In this document: positions 42,276 through 57,619 of the stretch, one piece after another
Layout of the letters: every line of letters starts with the position of its first letter
Position numbering within the stretch: position 1 is the first letter of the stretch
NCBI RefSeq assembly: GCF_009914755.1
Contig: NC_060931.1
Reading direction: 5' to 3' (one strand)
DNA length: 64,000 nt
Source of the DNA: the human T2T-CHM13v2.0 reference genome, Homo sapiens
Translations under genes and position numbers: made by a program
The notes under the pieces: generated by a model
Told to the model about the DNA's origin: nothing
The model's input: only the letters and a program-made list of their open reading frames with translations
Database searches by the model: none

Positions 42276-42998
42276 CAAAGATTCACTTTTATTGCATGAA
42301 TTTAGATTCGTAAATTAAAATCTTTCTAAGCTGCTAGCAGATCCTTTAAGAAGAATTTTTTCCCTAAATTACTAGTACATTTGAAGTTTTCTTTAGATAT
42401 TACTATAGATTCATGAACTTCTTATACTATGTAAACCAATTATATCTTAGCTCCTTAAAATTCAGAGACTTCTAAATTTTATTTATTAATACTCTTCTTA
42501 GGAAAATACTTCATACAGAATGAGAGAGAATGACTTCTGAGTTATAGCAACACAGAGAAAATTGTAGCTTTAATTATAACAATCTCTGCAACAGATTAAG
42601 TAATCAAGGAAACACCAAAATACACTGTTCAAGATTTCAAAGGATTATTTTCCCTTCTAGTAGTTATAAAATGTTTTATGAAATTATTTGGATACACAAA
42701 TAGAGAAACAAAGAATTTAAAAAATGCAACTCTCATTCCTTGTCATGTCTCATATGAAGGACAAGAAATCCCTTTAATCTTAACAGAGGTCTTTAAAGTT
42801 CAGATTATAAAATTACATTCCCAATTATTAATGCATGCATGGGGATTATCATTATCATCATTATCATCTTCTAGTGGAAACTATATCCAGAACCAAAATG
42901 GTGAAGAACTAGAAAAGAAAATGAAAAATTCAAAATTTAAAGAAAAAAGCCAACTTGTAGTAGACTAGCATCACAGCAAAGGTACAGTTCTATTGCCT

Positions 42999-43317
42999 TT
43001 TTTTTCTTTTTTTCTTTTTTTTTTTTTTTTTTTGAGACAGAGTCTTGCTCTTTCCCCCATGTAGGAGTATAGTGGCAGGATCATGGCTTACTTCAGTCTT
43101 GACCTCCCAGTTTCAAGAAATCCCTCCACTTCAGCCTCCCAAGTAGCTGGACAAAAAACACAGCACATGCCGGCACACCTGGCTAATTTCTGTATTTTTT
43201 GTAGAGATGAGGTCTCGCTATGTTGCCTATGCTGATCTTGAACTCCTGGGCTCAAACAATTCTCCCACCTTGGCCTCCCAAAGTGCTCGATTGTAGGCAT
43301 GAGCCACTGCACCAGGA
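42999..43317 (-). mobile_element. Alu (J-like)
   Basis: Antisense dimeric Alu. Confidence 0.93.
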
Positions 43318-43784
43318 CTCTATTGCTATTTGAGAATCACTTTGAGGAGAAAGAAAAGTCTCTCCTCCTAAACAGCTCCTGAAGTACATTTCTGTGCTAT
43401 CACAGTTTGGTTGGCTTTATGAACCCACTTTAGTGTCTCAGTGGATCCTCCAAAAGTATAACATGTTAAAATTCAAAGAATTTAAATGGTGACTTTTGTA
43501 AATATAAAAAGAAAATATATCAAATATTTTATTCCACTTCCTAATTAAGTAGAGGACTAGTGAGATTATAAATACAGTTCAAAGTGCATTTTAGGAACTA
43601 GTTTCTTAAAGACAAGTTAATGAATTTTATCTTAGAATAATATAGCTAAGTTACATACAATCTATTTAATATTTTACATGACAATAAAGCATTATTTTGG
43701 GGATTATCTTTTTTAATAGTTGAAAATATTAGAATTTTCCAGGTTAAAAATCTACAAATTAATAAAGAACTTCACTATGCCTAG

Positions 43785-45463
43785 TGTCACAAGATTCTTG
43801 GGATATTGTTTTTCTGGCTGGTGATGTCTTTGCCCAAGTCTTGCTTAGGCCCGCTGGGTTTGTTCTGCCTACCTGGCCTGGCAGGCTTTACTTGGCTGAC
43901 ACTACTGGCCTGGATCCCATACCTGCCAAGGGTAAGTCAGGCATGGAGTGGCAAGGGGTGTGTGAGGGAGCATGGGGTTCAGCCAGTGTGCAATCGGACA
44001 TGCCGGCTGCTGCAATGGGGCGGGCAGTTACAGGTGCTGGCACAGGCACTGACTCTCTGTGAGGCTGTGGCCAGACCAGGTGCACTGCAGGAAGCTTCCC
44101 CAGCTGGCACCGGGAAATGCAGTGGCACCTGGAAGCTTGGAGATACTAGGCACCACAGGACCCCAAAGAGGGAGTCACAGCCCTGGCTCAGGGAGCTCCC
44201 AGGTCTGGGCTGCCTGAGAAGGCACAGATCTTATCTCCTTCTCTTTGCCCTCAATGTGGCAAGCAGGGGGCATGTTTCAGTCCTGTGTTATAGCTCTTTT
44301 AGCTCTGCCATTTGGTAGGTCCCGAGTTCTTGTCCTGCAACTAGGAAGCATGAGGTACAGAGCCAAGTGGAGGATGAGCGAGATGAAGGGGAGCTTTATT
44401 GATCAATAGAACAGCACACAGGAGACCTGCAGAGGGTAGCTCCTTTCCACAGCCAGGATGTTCCAATGAGAGTTCAGCTCCTAGCAGAAAGGAGACCCTG
44501 GAGAGGGAAGCTCCTCCTAGCAGGCAGGTCATCTCATTGTCTTCTTAGCTCTCAGCAGAGAGGTGGCCCTGGAGTGGATTGTTCCACTCTGCAGCTGGTA
44601 GTCTCGATGTCTCTGCAGGTTTCTGAAGCTCTCAGCAGAGAAGAGGCCCTAGAATGGATAGCTTCTCTCTTCTGCTGGTTGTTGGGACATCTTCTGCTGT
44701 CAGCAGAAAGGGTAGCTCTTCTCTGCAGCTGGTCATCCATCATCTGCTCTGCTCTGGCTGAGCCTGGGGCTTTTATAGGCCTATTAGAGGGGAAGTGCAT
44801 GCTGATCAGTCCATGGGCAGCCATGGGCAGATCCAGGAAAAACCACCACGAGTTTGCCCTCCAAATCAGCACTGCCAGTCCTGTCCCCAGGCTTCAGGCC
44901 TTCTCTCAGGGATCTGCCCTCTTCTGCCCAAGTATCTGTCTGCCTCCCCCTGCTGTTCATGGCACATGGGCTTGACCCCGATTTGCTCCAAGATGGGAGC
45001 AGGTGCCCACAGCAGGGAGAAGCCAAGCAGCGGGAGCAGGCACTTCTGAGCCTGCAGGGGCAGGGGGGCCTTCTCAGCTCCCCCTCTCCCCCCCCAGAGT
45101 GCAGGGATACCTGGGTCTGCAGCCGCAATATGGGCTGCTCCCTTGACCCTAGGGAAGTGGAGCTCCTGGTCCCCCAAAAGTAAAGGGAAGCTCCATTCTG
45201 CAGCCACAGCTCGGGCACCTGCAGCCCTTCCCAGGAGGGTTAGGCTCCTGCCTCCTCCAAGGAGGCAGAGGCCCAGGTCTGCAGCTGCAATTTGGGCAGC
45301 TGCAGCTGCACCCGGGGAGTTCCCACCCCACCTCAGAAGGAGAAGGGCTTACGCTTGTCCCCTGCTGCCTGGAGCTCCATGGAGCATGTATCCTCGGCAG
45401 CACCTCCCTGCTGCAGTCGGCGTGATGGCAGCGGCAGGCCGTCTGGAGTGGCTGCTGCTATAA
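43785..45463 (-). mobile_element. MER52-type ERV1 solo LTR (about 1.7 kb, GC-rich)
   Basis: Starts tgtcacaagattcttggg; 4-bp TSD ctag on both sides (43781-43784 and 45464-45467); minus-strand TATAAAA and AATAAA. Confidence 0.85.
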
Positions 45464-45649
45464 CTAGGATCTTTAATCAGTAGTAAACAGTGAATCAAAT
45501 AAGTAAATTTCCCTTAATTATCCTTATGTGGATCTGTTAATGCATTCATATGACATTGAAAGAATATGTTGCCCTACTTTTGACCTTATTTCCAAGCTTT
45601 GAATAACTTTTCTTAACATTTGGGATCAAAATGTGATTTATGCCACTCT

Positions 45650-47200
45650 TACCCAGGGGTGCTTATGGTAACACTCAAATTTTCTTTGAAGGGAAAAGTC
45701 AATACGATAAAGTTGTCAGTTCTCCCCAAGGGAATCTTTAAAATCAATATGATTTCATTAAAACTCCAACAAATATTTTCATATTACTTGGTAAATAAAC
45801 CCAAAACTAATTAGGAAGAGCAAAGGATCAAGAATGACTCAGACAAATTTGAAGAAAATGAACCATTTTAGGAGAATTGCCCTATGAAATGCAAAAACTA
45901 GTTATAAAGCTTTATTAGCTAAGACAATGTAGCATTGATGCAAGGATAAACAAAGAGATAAATAGAACCTATAGGGAACCTACAAACATGATGATGCACA
46001 TTTGAAAACTTGACATATATTGCACTACTTAACTCTGGGGGGGAAATGGACTCTATTAAATGTTGTTTGGCCAGTTGTTTATACATTTGAAAAAAAATAA
46101 AATTAGATTGCCAACACATATTATAATTTTAGAAAATTTCCAGGTGGATAACTGCCTAAATACAGAAAATCAGAATGTTAATGCATTTTGAAGAAAACAT
46201 AGGCCCAAGGCAGTGGCTCACAGCTGTGATCCTAGCACTTTGGGATGCCAAGGCAGGAGGATCACTTGAGACGAGGAGTTTGAGAGCAGCCTAGGCAACA
46301 TAGTGAGACCCCATCCCCCACCTCCCCAAAAAAGGAAGAAAATATAGAATCTTTTTATAAACTTTGGGCAGAAAAGTACTTCTTAAACAAAACACAAAAA
46401 AATACCTACTTACAAATGTGGATATACTTTAGAAAATTATTTTCCTCTAAACCACCATGTTTCAAAGATATATAAAAAGACAAGCTACAGATAGGGTGAA
46501 AGTATTTGCAATATGTTTAAGGAAATATTAATATCCAAGATATATAAAGATATCTCATTTAAGTTAATAAGAAAAGTCACTCAACCCAACAACAACAGTG
46601 TAACAAATGGGTAAAAGAAATGATTTGACAATTTGTGGAAGTAGACAGGTGACTTACAAACATATGAAAAAATGTTTACCCGCACTAGTAATCAGTGAAA
46701 TGCAATTGAAATCACATTGTAATATCTTTTTACAGCTGTATGATTGGCAGTACTTAAAGGATCTGAGCATACCAAGTATTCCTGAGGGCATGGAGATTTG
46801 TTAATGTCTAATAAAATTGAAAATGCTTATAATCTTTTCTTTGACTCAGGAATTTTATTTCTGGGTATATATCCTGGAGAAAACTCATTCATGTGCATAA
46901 GGAGGCATGTATGAAGTTGACTATTACAGCAATATTTTATTATACCTAAATTGGAAAACAACACAATTGTCCAGCTGCAAAATAATGAATAAATACATTT
47001 TGGCATATTGATAAAAGATGATACTATATAGTTGTTAAAATAAATTAGGTAGAATTACAGTTATAATAGTCATGGTTAAATCTCAAATGTAATGCTGAAT
47101 GAAGCAAACTAAGTTGCAAAAAGAGAGGTATACATCATAATTTTTGAAAATAAACGATTGTATGTAAATTATGCCTATTCATGCATATATATAGATCCTG
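45650..47200 (+). mobile_element. Old L1 (L1ME-like) ORF2 3' region and 3' UTR
   Basis: aaacatatgaaaaaatgtttacccgcactagtaatcagtgaaatgcaattgaaa (KHMKKCLPALVISEMQLK). Confidence 0.7.
46202..46332 (+). mobile_element. FLAM monomer
   Basis: Monomer; TSD gaagaaaacata / gaagaaaatata. Confidence 0.88.
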
Positions 47201-47231
47201 TTTCAAAAAATCCGTAGAAAGGTCAAACACT

Positions 47232-47357
47232 TTATTCTTTTATTATTATTATTAGTATTATACTTCAAGTTCTGGGGTACATGTGCAGAACGTACAGGTT
47301 TGTTACATAGGTATACATGTGCCACGGTTGTTTGCTATACCTGTCAACCCATCATTT
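47232..47357 (-). mobile_element. Very short L1PA 3' tip
   Basis: ttatacttcaagttctggggtacatgtgcagaacgtacaggtttgttacatagg. Confidence 0.85.
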
Positions 47358-47469
47358 AATTAGTGTGGTGATTACCTCTGTATAAGCAATGAAGAGAATA
47401 AAACTAGAGACAAATAATAAATGGGCTTCAACTTTTCTGTAATGTGCTTCTTTAGAAAAAATATGACTC

Positions 47470-47796
<327 letters not shown>

Positions 47797-48339
47797 TCAA
47801 ATATAGCACAATGCTAGGATTTTATAAAGGTGAGTATTGGGTACATGAAAGTTTATTATCTGTTTGACTACATTTCTCATGTTTGAAGTATTTCATTATG
47901 AAGAATAAAAATGATATATATAAAATATATATAGAAATGTAAAAGTATTATACAATAAACAGTATCAATACATACAATGCTCATAAACATAAGTATGAAC
48001 ACACACAAAAACACTTGTATGTATATGTAAGTATACAGATGCACATGAATGAGCATTACATATTTGAAGTATACACCTTGAATGGGAAGGATTCCCTGTA
48101 ATTCCTGGTTAAGTTTTTCCTTAGGGAAGATAGGTGTGTTGTGAGACTAGGTATTAGGCCCAAAGCATATTTCATCTGGATCTCTTATGTTTTATGTACA
48201 GTTATTAAGGACAAAAATGATATAAATATGTAAATATATCATTTGCAGTTATCAATTTTTGTGATAGGAATATGTATGTTTGGTAAACTGAATGTCTCCA
48301 TTTAGTATTACTTGTTTCTATCCTTTAAAACAGTCTTTA

Positions 48340-49195
48340 TTTTTATTTTTTTTTTCAACTTGTATTTTTGATTCAGGGGGTACATGTGCAGATTTGTTAC
48401 CTGGGTATATTGTGTGAGGCTGAGGTTTGGGATATGAATGATCCTGTCGCCTAGGTACCAGGCATAGTACCCAATATTTAGTTTTTCAGCCCTTGCTTCC
48501 CTCTCTTCCTTTCCCCTCTAGTAGTCCCCAGTTTCTATTGTTGCCGCCTTTATGTCCATGAGTTCCCAATGTTTAACTTACACTTATAAGTGAGAATGTG
48601 CGGTATTTGATTTTCTGTTCCTGTGTTAGTTTGCTTAGGATAATGGCCTCCAGATGCATCCGTGTTGCTGTAAAGGGCATGATTTCATTCTTTTTTATGG
48701 CTACATAGTATTCCACAGTGTATATCTACCACAGTTTCTTTATCTCATCCACCATTTGTGGACATTTAGGTTGATTCCATGTCTTTGCTGTTGTGAACAG
48801 TGCTGCAGTGAACATGCATGTATCATTTTGGTAGAAAGGTTTGTTTTCTTTTGAATATATACCCAGTAATGGGATTACTGGATCACATGGTAGTTCTGTT
48901 TTAAGTTCTTTGAGAAATCTTTAAACTGCTTTCCACAGTGGCTGAACTAATTTATATTCCTCCCAATAGTGGATAAGCATTCCCTCTTCTCCACATTCTT
49001 CCCAGCATCTGTTTGTTTTTTTTTTAACTTTTTAGTAATAGCCATTCTGACTGGTGTGAGATGGTAACTCACTGCGGTTTTGATTTGCATTTCTCTGATG
49101 ATTAGTGAAGTGGAGCATTGTTTTATGTTTGTTGGTCATTTGTATGTCTTCTTTTGGGAAATGTCTGTTTGTGTCTTTTGCCCAGTTTTTAATGG
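48340..49195 (-). mobile_element. L1 3' end (about L1PA15/16-like)
   Basis: Same 3' UTR type as the element at 15.3 kb. Confidence 0.9.
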
Positions 49196-49244
49196 AAATA
49201 GTCTTTTTAAAACATTAAGTGTTTGACTAAGATCTGGGGCTTCT

Positions 49245-49560
49245 ATAGTCATCCCTGGGAATCCACAGGTGATTCTTTGTAAGACCTCAGTGGATACCAA
49301 AATCTGCCGATGCTCAAGTCTCTTACAGTATAGTATAGAGATAGTATTTGCATATAACCTGTGCACATCTTTCAAATAGTTTAAATCGTCTCTGGATTAC
49401 TTCTAATATGTAATACAATGCAAATGCTGTGTAGTTAAGTTTTTTACTTTGTACTTTTTATTGTATTACTTTTTTTATTTTTTCAAAATATTTTATATCC
49501 ACAATTGGTTGAATCCACAAATGTGGAACCCACTGATAACAGGAAGCAGAACTGACTGTA
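49245..49560. mobile_element. MER2 (Tigger-derived) DNA transposon
   Basis: tagtcatccct...ggataccaaaatc...gatgctcaagtc...ggttgaatccac...gactgta. Confidence 0.8.
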
Positions 49561-49695
49561 TGTAAAAGATAGATTTTGGATCAAAAAGAGTATCTTAAAA
49601 ATCACATATTTTGTCAACTGATTTGTTGGAAATGATTATTACATAAATTAATTTTTTATGTAATTTATGTGGGTAATTTTTTCCTCTTTCTAAAG

Positions 49696-49800
49696 AATAC
49701 AAGTCAATGACCAGATTGTGGAAGTGGATGGAATCAGCTTGGTGGGTGTGACACAGAATTTTGCAGCAACAGTTCTCAGAAACACCAAGGGCAACGTCAG
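49696..49800 (+). CDS. PPP1R9A: Neurabin-1 coding exon, C-terminal part of the PDZ domain (105 nt, phase 2 to 2)
   Basis: ttttttcctctttctaaAG acceptor; translation (R)[34 protein letters not shown](R); donor CAG|gtaaat. Confidence 0.96.
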
Positions 49801-51283
49801 GTAAATACGTGCCTTCTAATATACACCATGTTGTTACTTTAGTTGAATTTTAATTTTCTATAGTTTAACCTGCAAATAAATGTAATTACAATGACAATTT
49901 TACCTGAATAGTAAAACTTTGCTTTTAGTTTTAAATATTTTCACCTTTATTATAATTAGTTCATGAAAATAGAATTTAAAATTACAAATCATAGTATTTT
50001 AGAAAGATACAAAAACAAGCACTTGTCTTCATATCTTTCTAAAATACTATGGTTTCCAGGAAGATATAATTTCTAGTTAAAACCTCAATAAATATGAATT
50101 AGGTCCCAAATCTTTTTAAGGAAAACAGTTATACAATACTTGAAATGATTATACATATATTCAATTTTCTGTGTTTTTTAGACAATCAGGTTGAATAAAG
50201 ATAAGTATATTTTTTAAATGTATACATTCTTTTAAGGAATCAGCCATGACCAATGTTTGATGAATTATAACTTTTCCAACTTAATGCACTTAGGGTGCAT
50301 TTTTTTTGGACCTTGAAATTTATATTCAAACTTGGGATTGTGAATATTGTATATTGGAAAACAAGTAAGAAGCAGTTTAGAGCTAGTTGAAGTCAAGGTT
50401 TGAAATCAGGTCTTTTTTTTGCTTATAGGTTACTTATTTATCTTCAGTATTGCTTATATCATATACTTTTCCATACATCTTGTGTAAGAAACATTAAGGA
50501 AACATTATTTAGTATGTGTAATGATGAAAATGGTTGGGTGTTCTCATTATCAAAATGAAACTGCTAAATATTCTGAAAATATTAATGAGTTAACATTGCT
50601 ATACAGGCAGTAACATTAGGATATTATTGCAGTATGTCTAATTTTGCTGAAGCATGATTTAAGTTTTAGACTTTAGGCTTTTTCAACTGTAAATCATCTT
50701 CTAATGCTAAAGGGATGCCTTAAGGAATATTACCTAAACTACTTCTGTGGGCGCTATGTTGATGTTTCTAGAATATCCACAGTCCTGAGAAAAGAATGTA
50801 AAATAATTGCAAAACTGTGTGGTGCTCTCTGAGTTGTGTGGGTGGGCCCATTCAGTAAATGTGATTGTCTTTTTGAAGATCACTATGTGTTCTTAAGACA
50901 GCACTTTCCCATGTCTGTATAGAACTTGGTTTTGAAGCTGTCCATTAGACTTTAAAGTAAATTTTAAAATGAAATAGGTAAGATATACATTCAACTCATA
51001 AGAACATTTCTCAGTTGGAAAAGAATTTGTAGTTACATGAAACCATAGCCATCCCTTTTTTCCCCTCTGTTGACTGCGTAATCTTGTGTTATTATTTTCA
51101 GCCTTGTACAAATTTCAAAAGTCTTCAAATGTCTTCTTAACTGGTCTGTCTGTTTTCACATTCTCACTTCCTCAGTCTGCTCTGTTCATCATTACTCTCA
51201 TGGAAGGACATAATTACAGTTTTTAAGTAAATGAAGGGCTATCATGGAAAAAGAAATTGACCTTATTCTGCTTAACTCTAGTA

Positions 51284-51866
<583 letters not shown>

Positions 51867-52140
51867 CCATGTGCAGGTTTTTGTGTGGACATAAGTTTTC
51901 TACTGGGTAAATACCAAGCATGGAGCATAATTGCTATATCATGTGGTAAGTGTATGTTTAGTTTTGCAAGAAACCACCAACCCATCTTCAAACTGGCTAT
52001 ACCATTTTGTATTCCTATCAGCAATGAGTGAGAGTTCCTATTGCTCCACATCCTTGCCAGCATTTGTTGTCAGTGTTTTGGATTTTGACCATTCAAATAG
52101 GTGTATAGTGGAATCTGATTGCTTTAATTTCCATTTACCT
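51867..52140 (-). mobile_element. L1MC-like fragment
   Basis: ttttgtgtggacataagtttt...tgctccacatccttgccagcattt. Confidence 0.75.
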
Positions 52141-52555
52141 CCATTGTCCATTAATATTTACAACTGGTAATGAAAAGTTTCATGTTAATATGATTTGTAA
52201 TCCTTTATAGTATTTTCTTTTTTTACCTCTTTTGGATTTTTTTCTCTTATAATTGGGCTTTTGTAATTTTTATCAGACTGTAACTAGATCTGTGTTTGTT
52301 TATTTGGTTTTGTGAAATTCTGCTTGGGATTCAATCTGAAGACTTGGATTTCAGAAAGTTTCTATTATGCTTTGGTTATTTGCTTTATTTCTTCTGCATT
52401 GTCTTTGGCCTCTCTTCTCAAACCAGTATTAAATGGGGCTTAGATTTCCTGGGCATATCCTCTAGAATCTTATTTTCTCTCAGGATCTCCATCTGTTTGA
52501 ATTTTTGCTAGTATAAGAGTTTCTTTAATTTTCTCTTCCAGATTACCATGGTTTT

Positions 52556-52587
<32 letters not shown>

Positions 52588-52644
52588 TTTCAGGCATGGC
52601 CTATTTTAACTGTTCCATGCTTTATTCTCTATTTTCTGTTTTTA

Positions 52645-52985
52645 TTTCTAGCTCCATTCTCTCTTCCTAGAGCTTAAGAATAGTATATCCAGCTTCCTAC
52701 TTGACATCTTCATATGGCATTCTAAAAGGAACATCAAATTTAATATACTCCAAGTATTATCCTTTATTTGTGCCATTCCCTGTCTTCTGCCCCACTTTCC
52801 TGCTTTGCCCCCTTCCCCCAAAAAACTCCATGTCACATGACATACAATTGGCTGCTTCTACCTTATCAAGTCTCAGTTCAAATATCAATTCTTCAATGAA
52901 TGAGCTTTTCTCATATTTATGTTGTCCAAACTCAAATTCACTCTATCTCAATTACCATGTTTTCTACATAGCATTCATTTACTGA
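52645..52985 (+). mobile_element. L2 fragments
   Basis: atatccagcttcctacttgacatc...aacatcaaattt; aagtctcagttcaaatatc. Confidence 0.5.
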
Positions 52986-53059
52986 TCCTCTTCTGATCCT
53001 CTCCACCTGGTTATTGACTTTCTTTTGGGTTTTCTACTGTATTGATTCCTGTCTAGTCT

Positions 53060-54205
<1,146 letters not shown>

Positions 54206-54209
54206 ATAA

Positions 54210-57200
54210 AGCAAGTTAAACAAACTAGAAAACTTAGACAAACTGGATAAATTTCTGGATACATATATGTAGCCTACCAAGATTGAATCAGGAAGAAATA
54301 GAAAACTGGAACAGACCAATAATGAGTAACAAGATTGAATCAGTAATAAAAATTCTCCCAACAAAGAAAAGTCCAGGACTGGATGGCTTAAATGCCAAAT
54401 TCTAGCAAACTTTCAAACAAGAACTAACACCAGTTCTCCTCAAACTATTCCAAAAAATTGAAGCAGAGGAACTTCTCCCTGATTCTTTCTATGAGGCAAG
54501 CATTACCCTGATACCAAAAGGAGATAAGGACAGAACCAAAAGGAAAACTGCAGGCCAATATTCCCAATGAACACAGAGGCAAAATTTCTCAGCGAAATAC
54601 TAGCAAACCAAGTCCAACAGTACATTAAAAAGATAATACACCATGATTAAGTGGGATTTATCCCAGGGATACAAGAATGGCTCAACATATGCAAATCAAT
54701 AAAATATGCTACATCACATCAACAGAATGAAGGACAAAAACCATATGATCATCTCAGTAGATGCAGAAAAAACATTTGATAAAATTCAGTATCCCTTCAT
54801 GATGAAAACCCTCAACAAAACACGCATAGAAGGAAAAAACCTGTATTAGTCCATTTTCATGCTGCTGCTGAAGACATACCTGAGACTGGGCATTTTACAA
54901 AAGAAAGAGATTTAGTCAACTTACAGTTCCATGTGGCTGGGGGAGGCCTCACAATCATGGTGGAAGGCAAGGAGGAGCAAGTCACATCTTACATCTTACA
55001 TGGATGACAGCAGGCAAAGAGAGAGTGCTTATGTAGGGAAACTCCCATTTTTAAAACCGTCTTATCTCGTGAGACCCATTCACTATCACAAGAACAGCAC
55101 AGGAAAGACCTGTCCCCATAATTCAATCACTTCCCACCAGGTTCCTCCCATGACATGTGGGAATTGTGGGCGTAACAATTGAAGATGAGATTTGGGTGGG
55201 GACACAGCCAAACCATATCAATACCTCAACATAATAAAGGCCACATATGACAAACTCACAGCTAACATTGTATTGAGTGGGGAAAAGCTGAAAGCCTTTT
55301 CTCTAAGAGCTGGAACAAGACAAGAATGCCCACTTTCACCATTCCTATTCAACATAGTACTGGAAGTCCTAGCCAGAGTAATCAGGCAAGAGAAAGAAAT
55401 AAAAGGCATCTGAATAAGAAAAGAGAATGTCAAACGGTCCCTCTTTTCAGATGATGTGATCTTATAGCTAGAAAAATTTGAAGACTCCACGAGAAAACTC
55501 TTAGATCTGATAAAACAAATTCAGTAAAGTTAGTCACAGGTTACAAAATCAGCATACAGAAAATAAGTGCTGTTTCTATACAAAAATAATGAACTAGCTG
55601 AGAAAGAACACAAGAAGACAACCAAATTTACAATAGTTAAAAAAAAAATACCTAGGAATAAGTTTAACCAAGGAGATGAAAGACCTTCACAAGGAAAACT
55701 ACAAACACTGATGAAAAAAATTGAAGAGGACACAAACAAAACAAAGAGCCCATGCTCATGGATTAGGAGAATTAACGTTGTTAAAATGACCACACTCCCC
55801 AGAGCAGTCTACTGATTCAGTACAATCCCTGTCTAAATATCAATGTCATTTTTCACAGAAATAGAAAAAAGATCCTAAAATGTGTAAGAAACCAAGTACG
55901 GCTCAAATACCAAAGTGATTCTGTGCAAAAAGAACAAAGTTGGAGGCATCACATTACCTGACTTCAAAATGTATCACAAGGCTTTAGTAACCAGAACAGC
56001 AAGATATTGGTATAAAAACAGAAACACAGACCAATAAAACAGAATGGAGGACCCAGAAACAAATTCACACCTTTATGGCCAACTGATTTTTGACAAAGAC
56101 ACCAAGAACATACATTGGGGAAAGGGCACCCTCTTCAATAAATCATGCTGGGAAAATTGCTTATCTATTTGCAGGAGAATGAAACTGGACCCTTATCCCT
56201 CACTATATATAAAAATCAACTCAATATGGATTAAAGACTGAAATGTAAGCCCCACATCTGCAAAACAACTAGAAGGAAGCATAGAGGAAACACTTCAGGA
56301 CATTGGTCTAGGCAAATACTTTATGGCTAAGACCTCAGAAGCACAGGCAATGAAAAAAAAAAAGGATAAGTGGGACTATATTAATCTAAAAGACTTCTGC
56401 ACAGCAAAGGAAACAACAGAGTGAAGAGACAGCCTGTTGAATGGGAGAAAATATTTATAAACTATTTGTTCAACAAGATTCTAATATCTAGAATATTAAA
56501 GGAACTCAAAGCAACAGTAAAAAAGCAAAAATAGTCTCATTAAAAAGTCGGCAAAGGATATGAATAGACATTTCTCAAAATAAGACATAGAAATGACTGA
56601 TATATGTGAAGATGCTCAACATCAGTAATCATCAGAGAAATGCAAAATAAAACTGTACTAAGATATCCGCTTACCCCAATTAGAATGGCTGTTATTAAAG
56701 AGACAAAAGGTAACAGACGCTGACAAGGATGTGGAGAAAAAGGAACTCTTACACACCACTGCTGGGGATATAAGTTAATACAGTCATTAGGGAAAACAGT
56801 AAGGAGACTTCTCAAAAAACTAAAAATAGAACTACCAAATGATCCAGCAGTCCTGCTACTAAGTGTTTATTTAAAGAAAAGAAATCAGTATATCAAAGAG
56901 ATGGCAGCATCTCAGTGTTTATTGCAGCACTATTCACAATAGCAGTGATATGGAATCAACCTACCTAAGTGTCCATCAAAGGATGAATGGATTTTTTTAA
57001 GTGGTATATATACACGGTGAAATACTATTTTGCCATAAAAAAGGTGAATCATGTCATTTGTAGCAACGTGGATGGGAACTGGAGGTCATTATGTTAACTG
57101 AAATAAGCCAGACACAGAGAGACAACTATGACATGTTTTCAGTCCTATATAGGAGCTAAAAATGTTGATCTTATAGAGGTAGAGAGTAGAATGATAGTTA

Positions 57201-57518
57201 CCAGAGGCTGGGAAGAGTGTAGGGGTGTGGGTGGGCGGATGAAGAGAGGTTGCTTAAAATGTACAAAAATACAGTCCCTAGAAGAAATAAGATTTAATGT
57301 TCAGTAGCAGAAAGTTAATAACAATGTATGTATATTACAAAATAGCTAGAACAGAGCACTTGAAATGTTCCCAGCACGTAGAAATGATAAATAGTAGAGG
57401 TAATGAAGACTCCAGATACCCTGATTTGGTCATTATACAGTATAGCATGTAAGAAAATGTCACTTTTATCCCATAAATATGTACAAATGTTTATATCAAT
57501 TAAAAAATTTAAAAATTA
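54210..57518 (+). mobile_element. 5'-truncated L1MA-like element, interrupted by a THE1 LTR
   Basis: ORF2 remnants ([32 protein letters not shown]; YGQLIFDK) and a complete 3' UTR. Confidence 0.92.
54842..55220 (-). mobile_element. Solo THE1 LTR
   Basis: tgtattagtccattttcatgctgc...aaaccatatca; TSD aaacc/atacc. Confidence 0.93.
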
Positions 57519-57619
57519 ATAGAACTTACCCTCAAACTAAATGTAGCTCTGATCCCACATTCAAAAGCCTTAAAAGCAAGCCTCAGAAAGATTTGTTTTT
57601 TAGTACTTTAATTGTCCCA

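Noticed and set aside
40090-42500. AT-rich stretches that may be ERV internal sequence
   Set aside because: Could not assign a family or boundaries by eye.
43784-45483. Dense cluster of overlapping 60-170 aa ORFs on both strands
   Set aside because: Expected from the stop-poor GC-rich MER52 LTR; no recognisable protein motif.
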